A stretch of 64,000 nt of DNA. Origin: Tricharina praecox (Eukaryota). The notes under the pieces are model-generated. The model searched no databases and was not told the DNA's origin. It saw only the letters and a list, made by a program, of their open reading frames with translations. The stretch is from assembly GCF_024521635.1 (NCBI RefSeq), contig NW_026250432.1, forward strand, positions 1-64,000, written 5' to 3'. Made by a program: the position numbers and the translations under genes. Positions 26,207 through 37,609 of this stretch are shown here, piece by piece (positions within the stretch are counted from its first letter, which is position 1; the number at the start of each line of letters is the position of its first letter).

Positions 26207-28736
26207 CTTGACGGTAACGAGATGTCAATACGACGCGCCCGAGCGGCAAAGACGTCAGTTCCAAGCCCTAGCAGCACGTTCAAAAAAGATTATCGCTATC
26301 CACGCCAGACAGTCGTAGTAGCAGCAGTAGCGGATGTGATGGGCGAGCGAGCGGGTGGACTGTCGTCGGCGCGCGGCGGAATTACTCGGCTGGCCGGAGG
26401 ATCCAGAACTAACGGACGTTTCGCTGGAGCGAGCGGGCCGGGATGGTGGCGGCGGCGGTATCTAAACTTGGACTCTGAAGTGGAAAAACGGCGATGAGAC
26501 GGAACGGGACGGGACGAGACAACAATCCGAGGACACAAAGCAATCGGTACGGGGTGAGGGGGGCGAGCCCGCGATAATTCCAAAGCGCTACGGGGAGAGA
26601 CCAGCAAGCAACAGCGGCGCGACAAGAGGCACAACCACGAGAGCAACACTACGGTTGCTGGCTGCTGAAAGCAAAGGGCAGACGAGCACAAAGAATGGAG
26701 AACTGAGCAGAGGAAGAGGAAATAGATCGGGATTGTTTTTGGTAGGTGCGAGGGTAATTTTTAGGAGAGTTGTAGCGGACAGGCCGGGCTGTAGTGCAGT
26801 GTACCGTGCAGTGTCGGTAGGCTGTAGGCGCCGGAGACGAGAGAGAGCACGAAAGGCTTTGGAAGGGTAGGAAGTGAGGACGATTGGCGATATATTTATG
26901 AATAGAACAGCGCGACCCTTTGCAGGTGACGGGCGCAGGTTCGGTCGGGGAAAAGCTTCGAGACAGCAGCAAGATTCAACGGTGTGGTGCAGGCAGAAGC
27001 GGAGGCGATGGGGTTGGGTTGGGGGGGGTAGGAGAGGAAGGAAAGGGAAGGGCTTAGACTCCATAAATAGAGCAATGTTGCTAATTAAGGTCATTTGGCT
27101 GGACTGGATCTGGGTTAGTGCAGCACACTTGAAACGCCATGCATCGCGCCTAAAGGGTGTGTCATCGATACTCACTCGCCTGCCAGCCACGGACATGCAT
27201 ATGGGGGGCTCTTGGGCTGACAGAGTGCGTCGAATGGGGGCCAAGAGGCGGCACTCAGGCCTGTAGAATACTCTACCCGCACTCTTCTCCATGTCTGCCT
27301 CTCCGCCTTCGACTGCACATCACCACCACAGCGTTGGCAACCACGCTCATCGACCTCTTCTGCTTCTGCTTCCGCCACTGCTTCCCCCGCCTCTCCGGTC
27401 AGAGAATCTATCCATAGACACTCTCGCAGATAATGATTAGAGACGGGTATAGATATATCTACATACAAGTTTGCAGGCTTCGGCTCGCTTGGTTCCCGTC
27501 GGACGAGATATGGCTTGTTGAACATCGAATTCACGAGTCGACCGCAACTACATACGAAACGTCAGCATCAGACAGTCAGAATGTCGGTAAAAAATGACCG
27601 CTCGCCGAAGCACGGACAGGCGGGGAAAACGAAGGCAGGGTAACCTACAGCCGGCCGGGCTTACGAACCCCGGATTAACGCCTCACCGGTGACGCAACGG
27701 TGCAAGTGTACTCAGTACACTTTATTTTTGCATCATCGTGATAACTAGCATCACAGCAACCGTTGCTGTGATCTATATCGATAGGTTGGCACTATGATAA
27801 CCTTGACTTGGACTCTGTCGGTGGACGGCTGAGGGTTAATTCCATCACACCGTCTCGAGTAGTTACACACACACAGTCATGTAACACAAGACTCACTCGC
27901 GATCGGGCCGTTGCGATCCGTGCTCCAGCACGGGCCATGTAGAGTAAAAACTGAATCCAACCTCCTCTTCCTCCCCAGCAAACAGATGGGGAAACCCGGT
28001 AGGAAACACCTAAGGCTAGGTTGGATACTCATTGATCCTGTTGTCATCCTGCAATCAACTGTACTCCAAGCAACGCTCATTGGTGTCATTGAGCACAGCC
28101 TTGGACGGATCATCAACACACCTCTGCTTTGAACTTCGCATTCTTTTACCTCGTTCGCCGAGGGCTCAAGTTTCGCCAAGAGTCTATACCCTCTCCAAAC
28201 GCCACACCTTTTTTGCCGATGTCATGCTGGGTACCTACTCCCATGCACGTGGGATCACTCGAGCGCAACGCCTGCCCCCTCAGTCCGTCCCCGCATGGCC
28301 TGCATGGCAACGCCTGGATACGAGTATGATCAAACAAACTTAAAATAAAGTCTGCATGGCAGTTGAGTGTGCATAGTCTTAACCTAGATACCAGATATGC
28401 TATGTACACGCAATCAATGAAGAAACAAACAAACAAACAAAGCTTGCATGGCAATCTCCGAAGCACGCAACCACAATCATGATTGGGTCCTGGTAGTGAG
28501 GCTGATAAAGCACCTCTGGCCAATAGATGTTGTGGGATCTACTCATCGGACACACCATCTACTAGAAGCTGAGTCAGAACATGCAGTACTTGCAGATGTT
28601 GGTCATTGGATGCCTAGAGAGATGTGTTATTTCTGCATCTAGTTCCCACGGGGACACTTGATGACTTCCAGAAGTCCGTGAACGTTCAAAGTACCTCGAT
28701 CACAATTCCCGGATCTACTCTGGTCGACTCCCCACC

Positions 28737-29873
28737 ATGCTACTCCTCATCCCGCCCAAGCTCGTCTTCAACATCGCCGACCACTGCGACAAGGTGACCG
28801 TCTACAACCTCTCCATCAGCCATTCTCGTTTGTACGAGCTCTTCGGCCCGCTCAGCAAGCAGAACCCCTCACCGCAAGGCCGCTACCTCATCCGGCGGCA
28901 ACAAGAGGACCCGGCCGGCCTCACTTTCGCATGTCGCGGCTGCCAGCGTCTCCGCCCGTTCTACAGCAAGCCCGAATCCATGTACTCCCGCTCGCCCTCC
29001 TACCGGTGGCAAGGCATATGCATCGCCTGCGTCGCAGACAAGAACATGCCTAAGGAATACAAGCCAAAAGACGGCGACAGCCTGTCCTGGCTCGGCGGGT
29101 ACCTCACATGGTGCTACAGCCACGAGGGCTTCGCGGTAATCCAGTACCTGACAGCCAACTTTGCGTGCTGGCACTGTGGGCGCCACTCAGGCTCTCGTGC
29201 TACGCTGTACCACAGGTGGTACGCGGGCGACCCTATCGGCACGCAAGGGCGCGACTGTCTACAAGCGGAGCTACTTTTACGCGGGGAGGCGGACGGAACG
29301 GACGGGCTGGAGTTCCGAGCCGAGAAGCTGGTCTCGCGGCTGGACGCGTGTGTGCGCCTGGCCGACGGGCGGATGGATATGGCCGAGCTGGCGGTGATGA
29401 AACGGCAGCTTGCGGACACGGCGAAGGCCCGCGCCTCCCTGCCCCGCTATGAGCTGTACCATAAGGAGGTTGATACCGTCGGCGAGTTTGTGCGCGTGGC
29501 TGAGGCGCGCAGAAGGACGAGGGATGTGGCACAGCTCGGACTCACGTTCATAATCGAGTATGGCCCGCCGAGGGAGGATAGGGTGCGCGCTGAGGCGTTC
29601 GCCAGGGAGATCTACCCCTTCCGTGCTGGGACGCAAGACTTGAATAGGTTCGGTGATCTGAAGTCAATCAAAGGGGCGGGTTTGAAGGAGGCGATCATCG
29701 GCGGGATCCCTCGCAACTGTGATTTTGAGAGGATCATGAACCGGCCTGATTACGGCATGGGTTATCATGAATTTATAAGGAAGCTTAAAAGCTTGCATTC
29801 CAAGCAGTACCGATATAACTCATGGGATGAACCCTGCGCGCGTCACTACAAGCCGTGGTGGTATGCTAGTTGA
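28737..29873 (+). CDS. Intronless F-box-like/Cys-rich orphan protein (378 aa)
   Basis: N-terminus LLLIPPKLVFNIADHCDKVTVYNLSISHSRLY is F-box-like; FACRGCQRLRP...CIAC and CWHC cysteine pairs follow. Confidence 0.55.
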   Translation: MLLLIPPKLVFNIADHCDKVTVYNLSISHSRLYELFGPLSKQNPSPQGRYLIRRQQEDPAGLTFACRGCQRLRPFYSKPESMYSRSPSYRWQGICIACVADKNMPKEYKPKDGDSLSWLGGYLTWCYSHEGFAVIQYLTANFACWHCGRHSGSRATLYHRWYAGDPIGTQGRDCLQAELLLRGEADGTDGLEFRAEKLVSRLDACVRLADGRMDMAELAVMKRQLADTAKARASLPRYELYHKEVDTVGEFVRVAEARRRTRDVAQLGLTFIIEYGPPREDRVRAEAFAREIYPFRAGTQDLNRFGDLKSIKGAGLKEAIIGGIPRNCDFERIMNRPDYGMGYHEFIRKLKSLHSKQYRYNSWDEPCARHYKPWWYAS

Positions 29874-31549
29874 AACGACGCCATGTGGATTTGCTGCTTG
29901 GTTGTTTCATTATACCAGGGGCCGGTACATAAATACATAATTCCAGTGAACATATCCCAGTGTGTAGATGTTTACATCCAGATCTTGGGTTAAGTACCTG
30001 CTTGGTCTGTAACTGTGGGAGCTGGTGATATCTGTGCAGACTCGTGGAGTGTACCTATGATATCTACCTACTTCCAAGTTCCATCTCCGTTCCTCAGCCA
30101 CCGTTGGCCATTCCGCCATCACTCCCTCGCCCCTCGCCACTCCCTCGTCCCAACTTCCAAGTGCAAAACCTCTATCTCTCTCGTCTCTCATCTCATTCTC
30201 CTTACATATTCCCAGTTCCCATCCCATCCAACCTCAAAATCCCAGCTCCCCGCTCACCAACCACCAACCACCAATCACATCACACTCGCAACCCCACTCG
30301 CAACCCCACTCTACACACATCCTACCCCTCCACTGCATGCAGAGCGATAGTGAGTTACAGAAGTATCCACGAACCGGATCCCCGTTCGTTCTGGAATTTG
30401 AGAAGCTTCCATGTTACAGGTTGAGTACTTGCATGGCTATTTTTACACCTCCCGGGTTTCCCTCCCTCCCCCCCCAAAGGTTGAAGGGCCAAAGTCAAGG
30501 GCCAATGCCCGTCAGATCGCCGCCGGTCGCCGGTCGGATGTCGGCATACCACATATACAGTGGATCAGTGGACCAGTGGTAATGACTTCCAAGCTCCAAG
30601 CAATATCTAGAGCACATAAGTAGGTCGGTAAGCCCCTACATAGGTGCTTAGAAGTTGGGTACGCTAATTACGTGCGTGTTGTCACGACTCAGATTGGCTC
30701 TGTTTTTGGTGCGGATCGGTCGGGTTGGCAATTGGGTATCGTACTTATATGTGCCTAGACTCCTAGGCTCCCAGAGTACCCAGAGTGGAGTAGAGTATTT
30801 CTTTCCAAGGTTTCGTCGAGAGTTTGATCGATACCATAGTGGTTGTCTCCAGCTTGGAAACTTCGCAGCGACTAGGTCTTGCGGTTAACTAAGGTTTGTA
30901 TCAGGGCAACAATGACTGCAACGATATAACGATGACGAAGAACAACAGCGGTCGATTCGTACTGACGCTCCACTCCACCCTACCCGAATACTGAGTCGTC
31001 GTCGGAATGGGAGAGGGAACTTTAACCATATCGAGTGTATTATAGCCGGCACGAGTGAGCACCGGTGAAGCTCTGCCGGAGTCTCCTCGAGTCGTCGTAT
31101 GTGTGCTCCTTCGGTTTCCATCCCATCAACCGGTACGATCAATCTTCGGCGGCAGCATACACAGGGCTCTGTGAATATTTGTATGTGCGCTTCTCAACTG
31201 CTAGGTTCGGTTTGCTGGAGACGAACTCGGTCTCGATTCTCACTGCTGCTGGCCGCCGAGGGTGGAGGCTCCGACTCGTGGGAAATAAGTAACTACCCCC
31301 GGGGTGGCTTCAACTACAATCGATGGTAATTCATTCGCCTATTCATCCCCTTCCATGGCCTGCCTTAAACCTTTCCTCCCTCGCTATAGTACGCTGAGCA
31401 ATCTTCAAGTTGCAACTTGGTGCTCGAAAACAAGCAGAAGCAGCATCTGATCGCCGCCGCAGTTGTAGGTACTTGGCCCTCTGGCTTGTGCACTCCAGAT
31501 TTTAGTATTAGTCTTCGTGTCCCTCTAGGTAGGGAGGATTGCAGCCTAC

Positions 31550-31666
31550 CAGTGTTTTACATATTCCAGTCCAGTCTGTCCGGACCCATGGACGGGACTA
31601 GACTACATACATCCAGATCGTCCGGAGGTGTCTGTCGGACAGACTAGTCCACTAAGATTGTCACTG
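31550..31666. mobile_element. Degenerate short MITE-like copy related to the 33067 element
   Basis: Begins CAGTGTTTTACATA, ends ...TCACTG, with internal GTCC/GGAC subterminal motifs in inverted arrangement. Confidence 0.45.
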
Positions 31667-33066
31667 GCGTCCTCCACGACCCGCTCGCAGGTATCGTTCA
31701 ACAACCTTCCTTCCTTAGGGGCCCTCGGTATTCTTCAATAGATCTACATAGGCCACTCCTTTTCGCACTCGTCCTCGGCAGAGGAAATTATTGTCGTGAA
31801 CCGTGATTCCCACGAGGGTGCCTGGGTGGCTGCGATAGTCCAAACCTACTCGAGCTTGTGGGAACGAGTGTGTTTCTATGAGTAGGTAGTCCACTAGCCG
31901 TTCGGAGGGCCCGTAGTGGGTGCTTGGAATATTCGGTGCGGTAGCGAGTCCAAGTTTGGGTTTCTTTCTCTCTCTGTCGTAGAGTGACGACCAGAAACAA
32001 CCAATAGGTAAGTCGTGCCTCACCACCGTTACGAATTATAAGCGCAAGGTGAGGCACCACTTACTCTTACATCCGAGAATAAGGTAGGTGGCTCCTAGAC
32101 CCGAACATAACAGTCAACTTCACTTCTCTCCATCTCGATCTCTCCTGTGAAGCACCTCCACGAGTCCTTCCAACAGAGCGAAATAGTTAAAACGAAGCTG
32201 GCTTGAGATTTATACATAAAGCTCGGGCTCTAGTTAAGGCAGCTTCGCAACCGCTAGCATAAAACGCCCAGGCGTATGGTGATATCTTGCTTTGTATTCT
32301 TTCAACGGGGGGTGGTCTTTACACACACCTTATCCCGTCCCAAGTCTTTGCGGTCCGGTTTTCGGCGAGAAAGAAGCATAGAAGGTATATATTTAGGGTT
32401 CCATCAGTATGAAGTATGGACAAGTGAAGGTTATCGATACTACATATATCGATATTGATATGGTTGCACTTTCATTGCGTAACTAAAGAATTAGCGGTGG
32501 ATCATAAGTTACGCATGGGGTTTACGCAGCAAGCGCTAGCATGTATATACTCGTTAGAGAATCCCGTCAATTGCTTGGTGGATTCTGCTTCAGTTTTTAA
32601 CAGTTCAAGTTCGGTCGGGTGCTGGGCTCAAAATCCACTATATAAAAGCATACCCAGAAGCATACCGGTAGTAAGCGTACGCAAGCTTGACTCCGTTTCA
32701 ACTACCTACTGACTCATTGTCGATTCCAGCCATATCATCAGAACCAGAACCCATTTTCACCGAGAGTCTGAGTGTGAGCGGATCGCCGCAGATGACCGTC
32801 ACCGCTCATTGCACTCTGATACCTACGTAGGATTGTGGCTTTGGAGTGTTAAAAAGTTACTGGCACAGCGGATAAATACCAGTATTACTATTCTTACCCC
32901 GAGTCCACTTTTCCATGCATGCCGTCAATATACCTACTATCATGTGATCACCTTTTTTGCCAATTATCCAGTTATCCAGGTATTCAGTTTGACCAGTTCC
33001 AACTTCCAACTGGACATTTACACCGCTCCTGTACGTAGTCCAGCTTGAGCCCCTCCAGAGTTCATA

Positions 33067-33335
33067 CAGTGTTCTCCATAGTCCAGTCCGTCCGCGACTC
33101 CGTCCAGTCCGTCCGTCCTAGACCTCGGACGGGACCGGAATGCTTTTGGCAGTCCGTCCGGAGGCTTGAACTGGACTGGACTGGATAAGTCTGGGTCAGT
33201 CTGGGAGGTGTTGAGACTGGACGGACTGCAGTCGACTGCAGTCTTTGAAAATCTCAGACTGGGCGGACTATTTTCATGCAGTCTGCCAAAACCTCTGGAC
33301 TGCAGTCCGGACCGGACTACCTCTGTAGAACACTG
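33067..33335. mobile_element. Non-autonomous DNA transposon (MITE), 269 bp
   Basis: Terminal inverted repeats CAGTGTTCTCCATAG / CTCTGTAGAACACTG match 13/15; the interior is dense in CAGTCC/GGACTG motifs. Confidence 0.7.
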
Positions 33336-36250
33336 CAGGCTCCATAGCCGGTTCAGTGCTGTTGTGATAAGTTTTCGAATCAGTTTGCACTGTTGGAACT
33401 GGTTACTTGGCTGGTCTGCCGCGTTGGATCATGAAGGTCACTCGTCACTCGTGCATATTCCCCCGGAAGGCTAGATGGAAGGTCGGGTGGAAGACTAGGT
33501 GGAAAGTCAGGTAGAACCGTTGAATCCTGATGCCAACGAAGCGAAACGTAGATTGTGGAATTGTCTGGCCGTCGGCCGATGGGTGGGGTTCACCAAACGA
33601 GCTGGCGATATACCTACCGGTAGTATCGGGCATCGAGACGGAAGGACTTTAAATTTTGAACGCAAGTGGGAGACCACACACGCTTGGCTGGTGATAGCGG
33701 TAGACCTGCCAGTATGTAGTTTTGCGGTTTAACCAGCTAGGTATCCAGTCAAGCCGGTTCCATAGTACCTACCGGTAGTCGGGTAGTTCTAAACAGTGCA
33801 GTGCAGTGCAGTGCATTTAGTTCTGCGTATTCCAAGAACTTATCCAGTTGGTTGGAACTTGGAATGTTGCTCTTCGAAAACTGAACCGGTTCATCGGTCA
33901 GGACTCGGTTTCCAAAAAGTGCGAATTCGAACTTCGGTCGAGTGATAGCCTTGAAATGCACATGAACTGAGCTTTAGTGAGCTTCGGGCTTTGGACTTCG
34001 GGGAGGGGAGGGGTTGGTGAAGAGTAATCTTCATACTAGGTAGGTACATCAGGTAGGATGTATATGGATGATGTACTCGGTTATTAGGTCTCGAATTCAA
34101 GACGCAGAGTGCTCTACCGTATATGTACTTCCGGCGATCTCCCGCCTCTTCTCATCGACAAGCTCTTACATACTCACGAGTCACCTACTGTATGTACCTA
34201 TGCGAAGCTGATCATCTAGCTCCTCGGTTTATCCGCCCGAAAAAACAACAACCACCTTCCAGAATTCAGAATCCAGAATCGAGATTCTGTTCCGAACTTC
34301 CGATTCTACGATGCGCGTCGCATGATCCGTGTGTGCCATACCCTACCCTACCCTATGTACCTACCCCACTGCATACGGCGCGGGAGCGAGGTATGATATG
34401 TATCAGAATAGACAGCAGCAAGACATCACAACAGACAGACGGGCGGACCAGCGGGGCGGACCCAGTGGGACGGGGCGGGGCGGGGCAGGGGGAACAAATG
34501 ATGGCCCGACTCCCGTCGGAGTATTTCTTGGATGTTTCTTGAATGTAGGTAGGTGATAGGTGATGGGGGATTCTTCTGGCGCCGGGAGTTGCGAGTCGTG
34601 AACGGTGAGTCGTGGATGCTATTATTAGACCCGTACCCTACCCTATCATCTACCTATGGACACTGTCCATTGGACAGTGGAGTCTGGAGTCTGGAGTATG
34701 ATATGGGCATAGGCTATGGTCCATTCGCTTGAAGGAAGTTGGAACAGTGGAACTCGCACTAACCACCTGAGTAGTTACCTTGGTAACCAAGGCCCTGTTC
34801 ATCAACTATACTCCATTCGCTTCAGGGAACGAACGGAAGACTGGGAGGATCCAAGCCAGCACTGCAGCACTGCAACACGCACAAGCAAGCAAGCACCAGC
34901 CGCAATCTGCCCGCCCGCCACACGGCAGCGAGCGACCAGCAGTCTGCAGACGGGAGGGAGGGAGGGAGTGGGAATAATGCGGATTCGAAACGCGTGGGTC
35001 GGGTTGGGTTGGGGCTGGGTACTCTAGTTATTGTGTACTACGGTGGAGAGTGGTTAGGGGGAAGGGCGAACGAGGGGGACGGGGGATGGGGGGCCCGGGG
35101 GAGGGGGATAAAGCAATTTCATTTCCGTCTCCACCTCCGAAGCTGTACGAGTATGTATAAAGGTAGCGCGCGTGGGTGGGTGTTGGCATGTCTGAGAATG
35201 AATATTGACATTGCAATTGGCGCTCTGGACTCATGTATCTGGGTACGGCCGGAGCTGTGGGTTCAGGCTGCTCAGCGCTGGTTGGTTACTGGGTGGTATG
35301 TATAAGCCGTGGTAGATATAGCGAGGAGGAATGAATACACAGTAGGCCCTGCCGATTTCAATCTGCAGGTACATTCGACGACAGCCACGGGTACTCTAGA
35401 TGGAATCGGAATGCTATTTCTCGGGAGACACCGGTGTCCGGTAGATGGGTAGACTAGCAGGCCTGCATGATTAGTAGACAGTCGAGAACGGGCCGGGGTA
35501 GTTGTGTCCAAAGGAAAGACTGGGTTGGCCAGTACTCCAGCACGCGTTCGATGATGGCTGATTGCGAGCTGGATAACTATGGGAACCACCGACATCTGTG
35601 CGGATCCGGTTGATCGGTTGAGGCTCTCACGCACTGGAGGGGGATCTCGAGAGGTAGGATGTAGAGTACTCTATGTAAGTACCACATATATCTACTGACG
35701 AAAACAAAGGTGGTGGATGATGGTCGCGTTTATTTGTGCAGCTTCCTTTTGGCGAGGTCTGGCCTGAGCTTTGGGCAGCTTGCAAGAGCCCTGGCGAGCT
35801 GTTTGGAGTGTAGCGGGGCCGTCCCTTGGTAGTGGTCACTGGTGGGAACGGTGGTAGTGGTGGTGATGATGGTGAGGAATTCCAACCAACCAGGGCGAGA
35901 CGAGCGAGAGAGCCAGCGACTCCTTTCCTTTCCTTCCGAGTTCGTCTTCGCTCGCGGGAGTCTTTTTGTTTCTTCTCGCACGGCTGTCTCGCTCGCCTCC
36001 TCCCCCTTCCCCTTCCCCTTCCGCCCCCCCTCCCCACAGTCAGTGCAGTTTGTTTCTCTGCTGTTCCATCGACACAGTCCACTCACTCCACTCACTCCAC
36101 TCATTCCCCTCGCTCACTCGCGACCAGTTGCAGTTGCAGTTGTACTTCTTTGCTTTCGTTTGTCCGTTGCCCGTTTCAGGAAATATATTCTCTTCGCATC
36201 TTCTTTTTTTTCTTCTTTTTTTTTGTTCGAGACACCATCCATCACCACTC

Positions 36251-36305
36251 AATCTCTCCCGATAATCTCTCCCAATCTCTCCCGATAATCTCTCCCAATC
36301 TCTCC
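36251..36305. repeat. Short tandem AATCTCTCCC-based repeat
   Basis: Five AATCTCTCC(C) units, two of them followed by GAT. Confidence 0.75.
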
Positions 36306-37609
36306 TTTACCTTAATTGAACCCCTGAGCCAATTCGCGTCCCTGCAACAATTCTGCTCGTACAGAGTCAATTGAGACTCAGTCGGTTCGGCCGGTCACTG
36401 AAGCACTCTCGTACTCGCCCACTCGCCCACTCTAGCTATCCGATCGAGTGCCCCCCAAGTCTCTATCTCATACCGCAGCAGCTTTGCCCTTACTCCCCTC
36501 CACCTCCCCCCCTCCACCATCCCCCCTCCACCTCCCTTCCTCCCTCCCCTCCTCCTCTCTTCACCCCCACAGTTGTTTGCTGTGCTGGCATTCCTCAGCA
36601 GAGAACGCGGGATAACTCGATTATATCTACATTCCTTCACTTTCACCTACCGTTTACGTCCTACATACTACGTATATGCACCATCCATACCGCATACATC
36701 ATCGTACTGCACGGCCCGCGCTCACGCTCCTTTGAATCATCTCATCGCTCGCCTGTCCTCGCCAACACATCAATCAAATCAGATTGATCCGACAACCTTC
36801 ACTTGATCTTTTTTACCTTCACTCCCACTTCGATCTCGCGCGTCCCGAGTCTTTGTTCCTTGTTTTCTTCAACATCGGAGTTTTGCTTCTAGTTATTGCG
36901 TCGCTAGTCAGTCACCCAATCCGTGAGAGATAGAGTGAGAGGAGAAAGAAAGAGAGAGGGCGAGGGACGGACGCGTTCTCCAGAGGTGGACGTCGAAAAA
37001 TTGCTAACAGGCATAACCTGGAAAGGGCACCGACAGCTCCGATCGCAGCCAGCCAATCACCGAGCACGACCTGTAACTGCTGCCCTGTCTGCTCAGTCGC
37101 GAACTCGAAAAGAAACTCCCTCCCTTCCGTCCTTCCTTCCTTCCCATTCTCCCTCCCTAACCCAGCTGGCCTTCGTTTCGCCTTCTACCCACCACAGCGA
37201 TCCTTCCAATTGCTAGGATCTGGAGCTCGCTGCCAACTCCCATTCGCACCTCACTTCACAGCCATACCCAAGCACTTTCGTTCGAATACACGCACAGTAC
37301 ATTGCCTTCTGCTGTCCATCTACACGACATCCTTTGTACCTTCGTACCTCCCTGCTGCCAACCATCATCACTACTTCTCGATTCAGATCCGCAGGCACCA
37401 CGACTACTCCCCCCCTCCCCCCCCGTTACTTCCAAACCCGACTGCCAGGCTCGCTTGTGCCCCACGCGACCGACGACAAAAAAAGACGCCCTTAAACGCC
37501 TATCTGCACGCACGTCGGCACCCGCATTTCAGCACTAAGACGTCCTGCCAGTCGCCGCATCCCCCGTCATCGATCGTCATTGCCCGCCTTGACCAAGCCC
37601 CCCCATTCA

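Noticed and set aside
27877..28650. Possible decayed coding or TE fragment with apparently low CpG
   Set aside because: Frames are interrupted and unrecognisable, and compositional bias cannot be quantified by eye.
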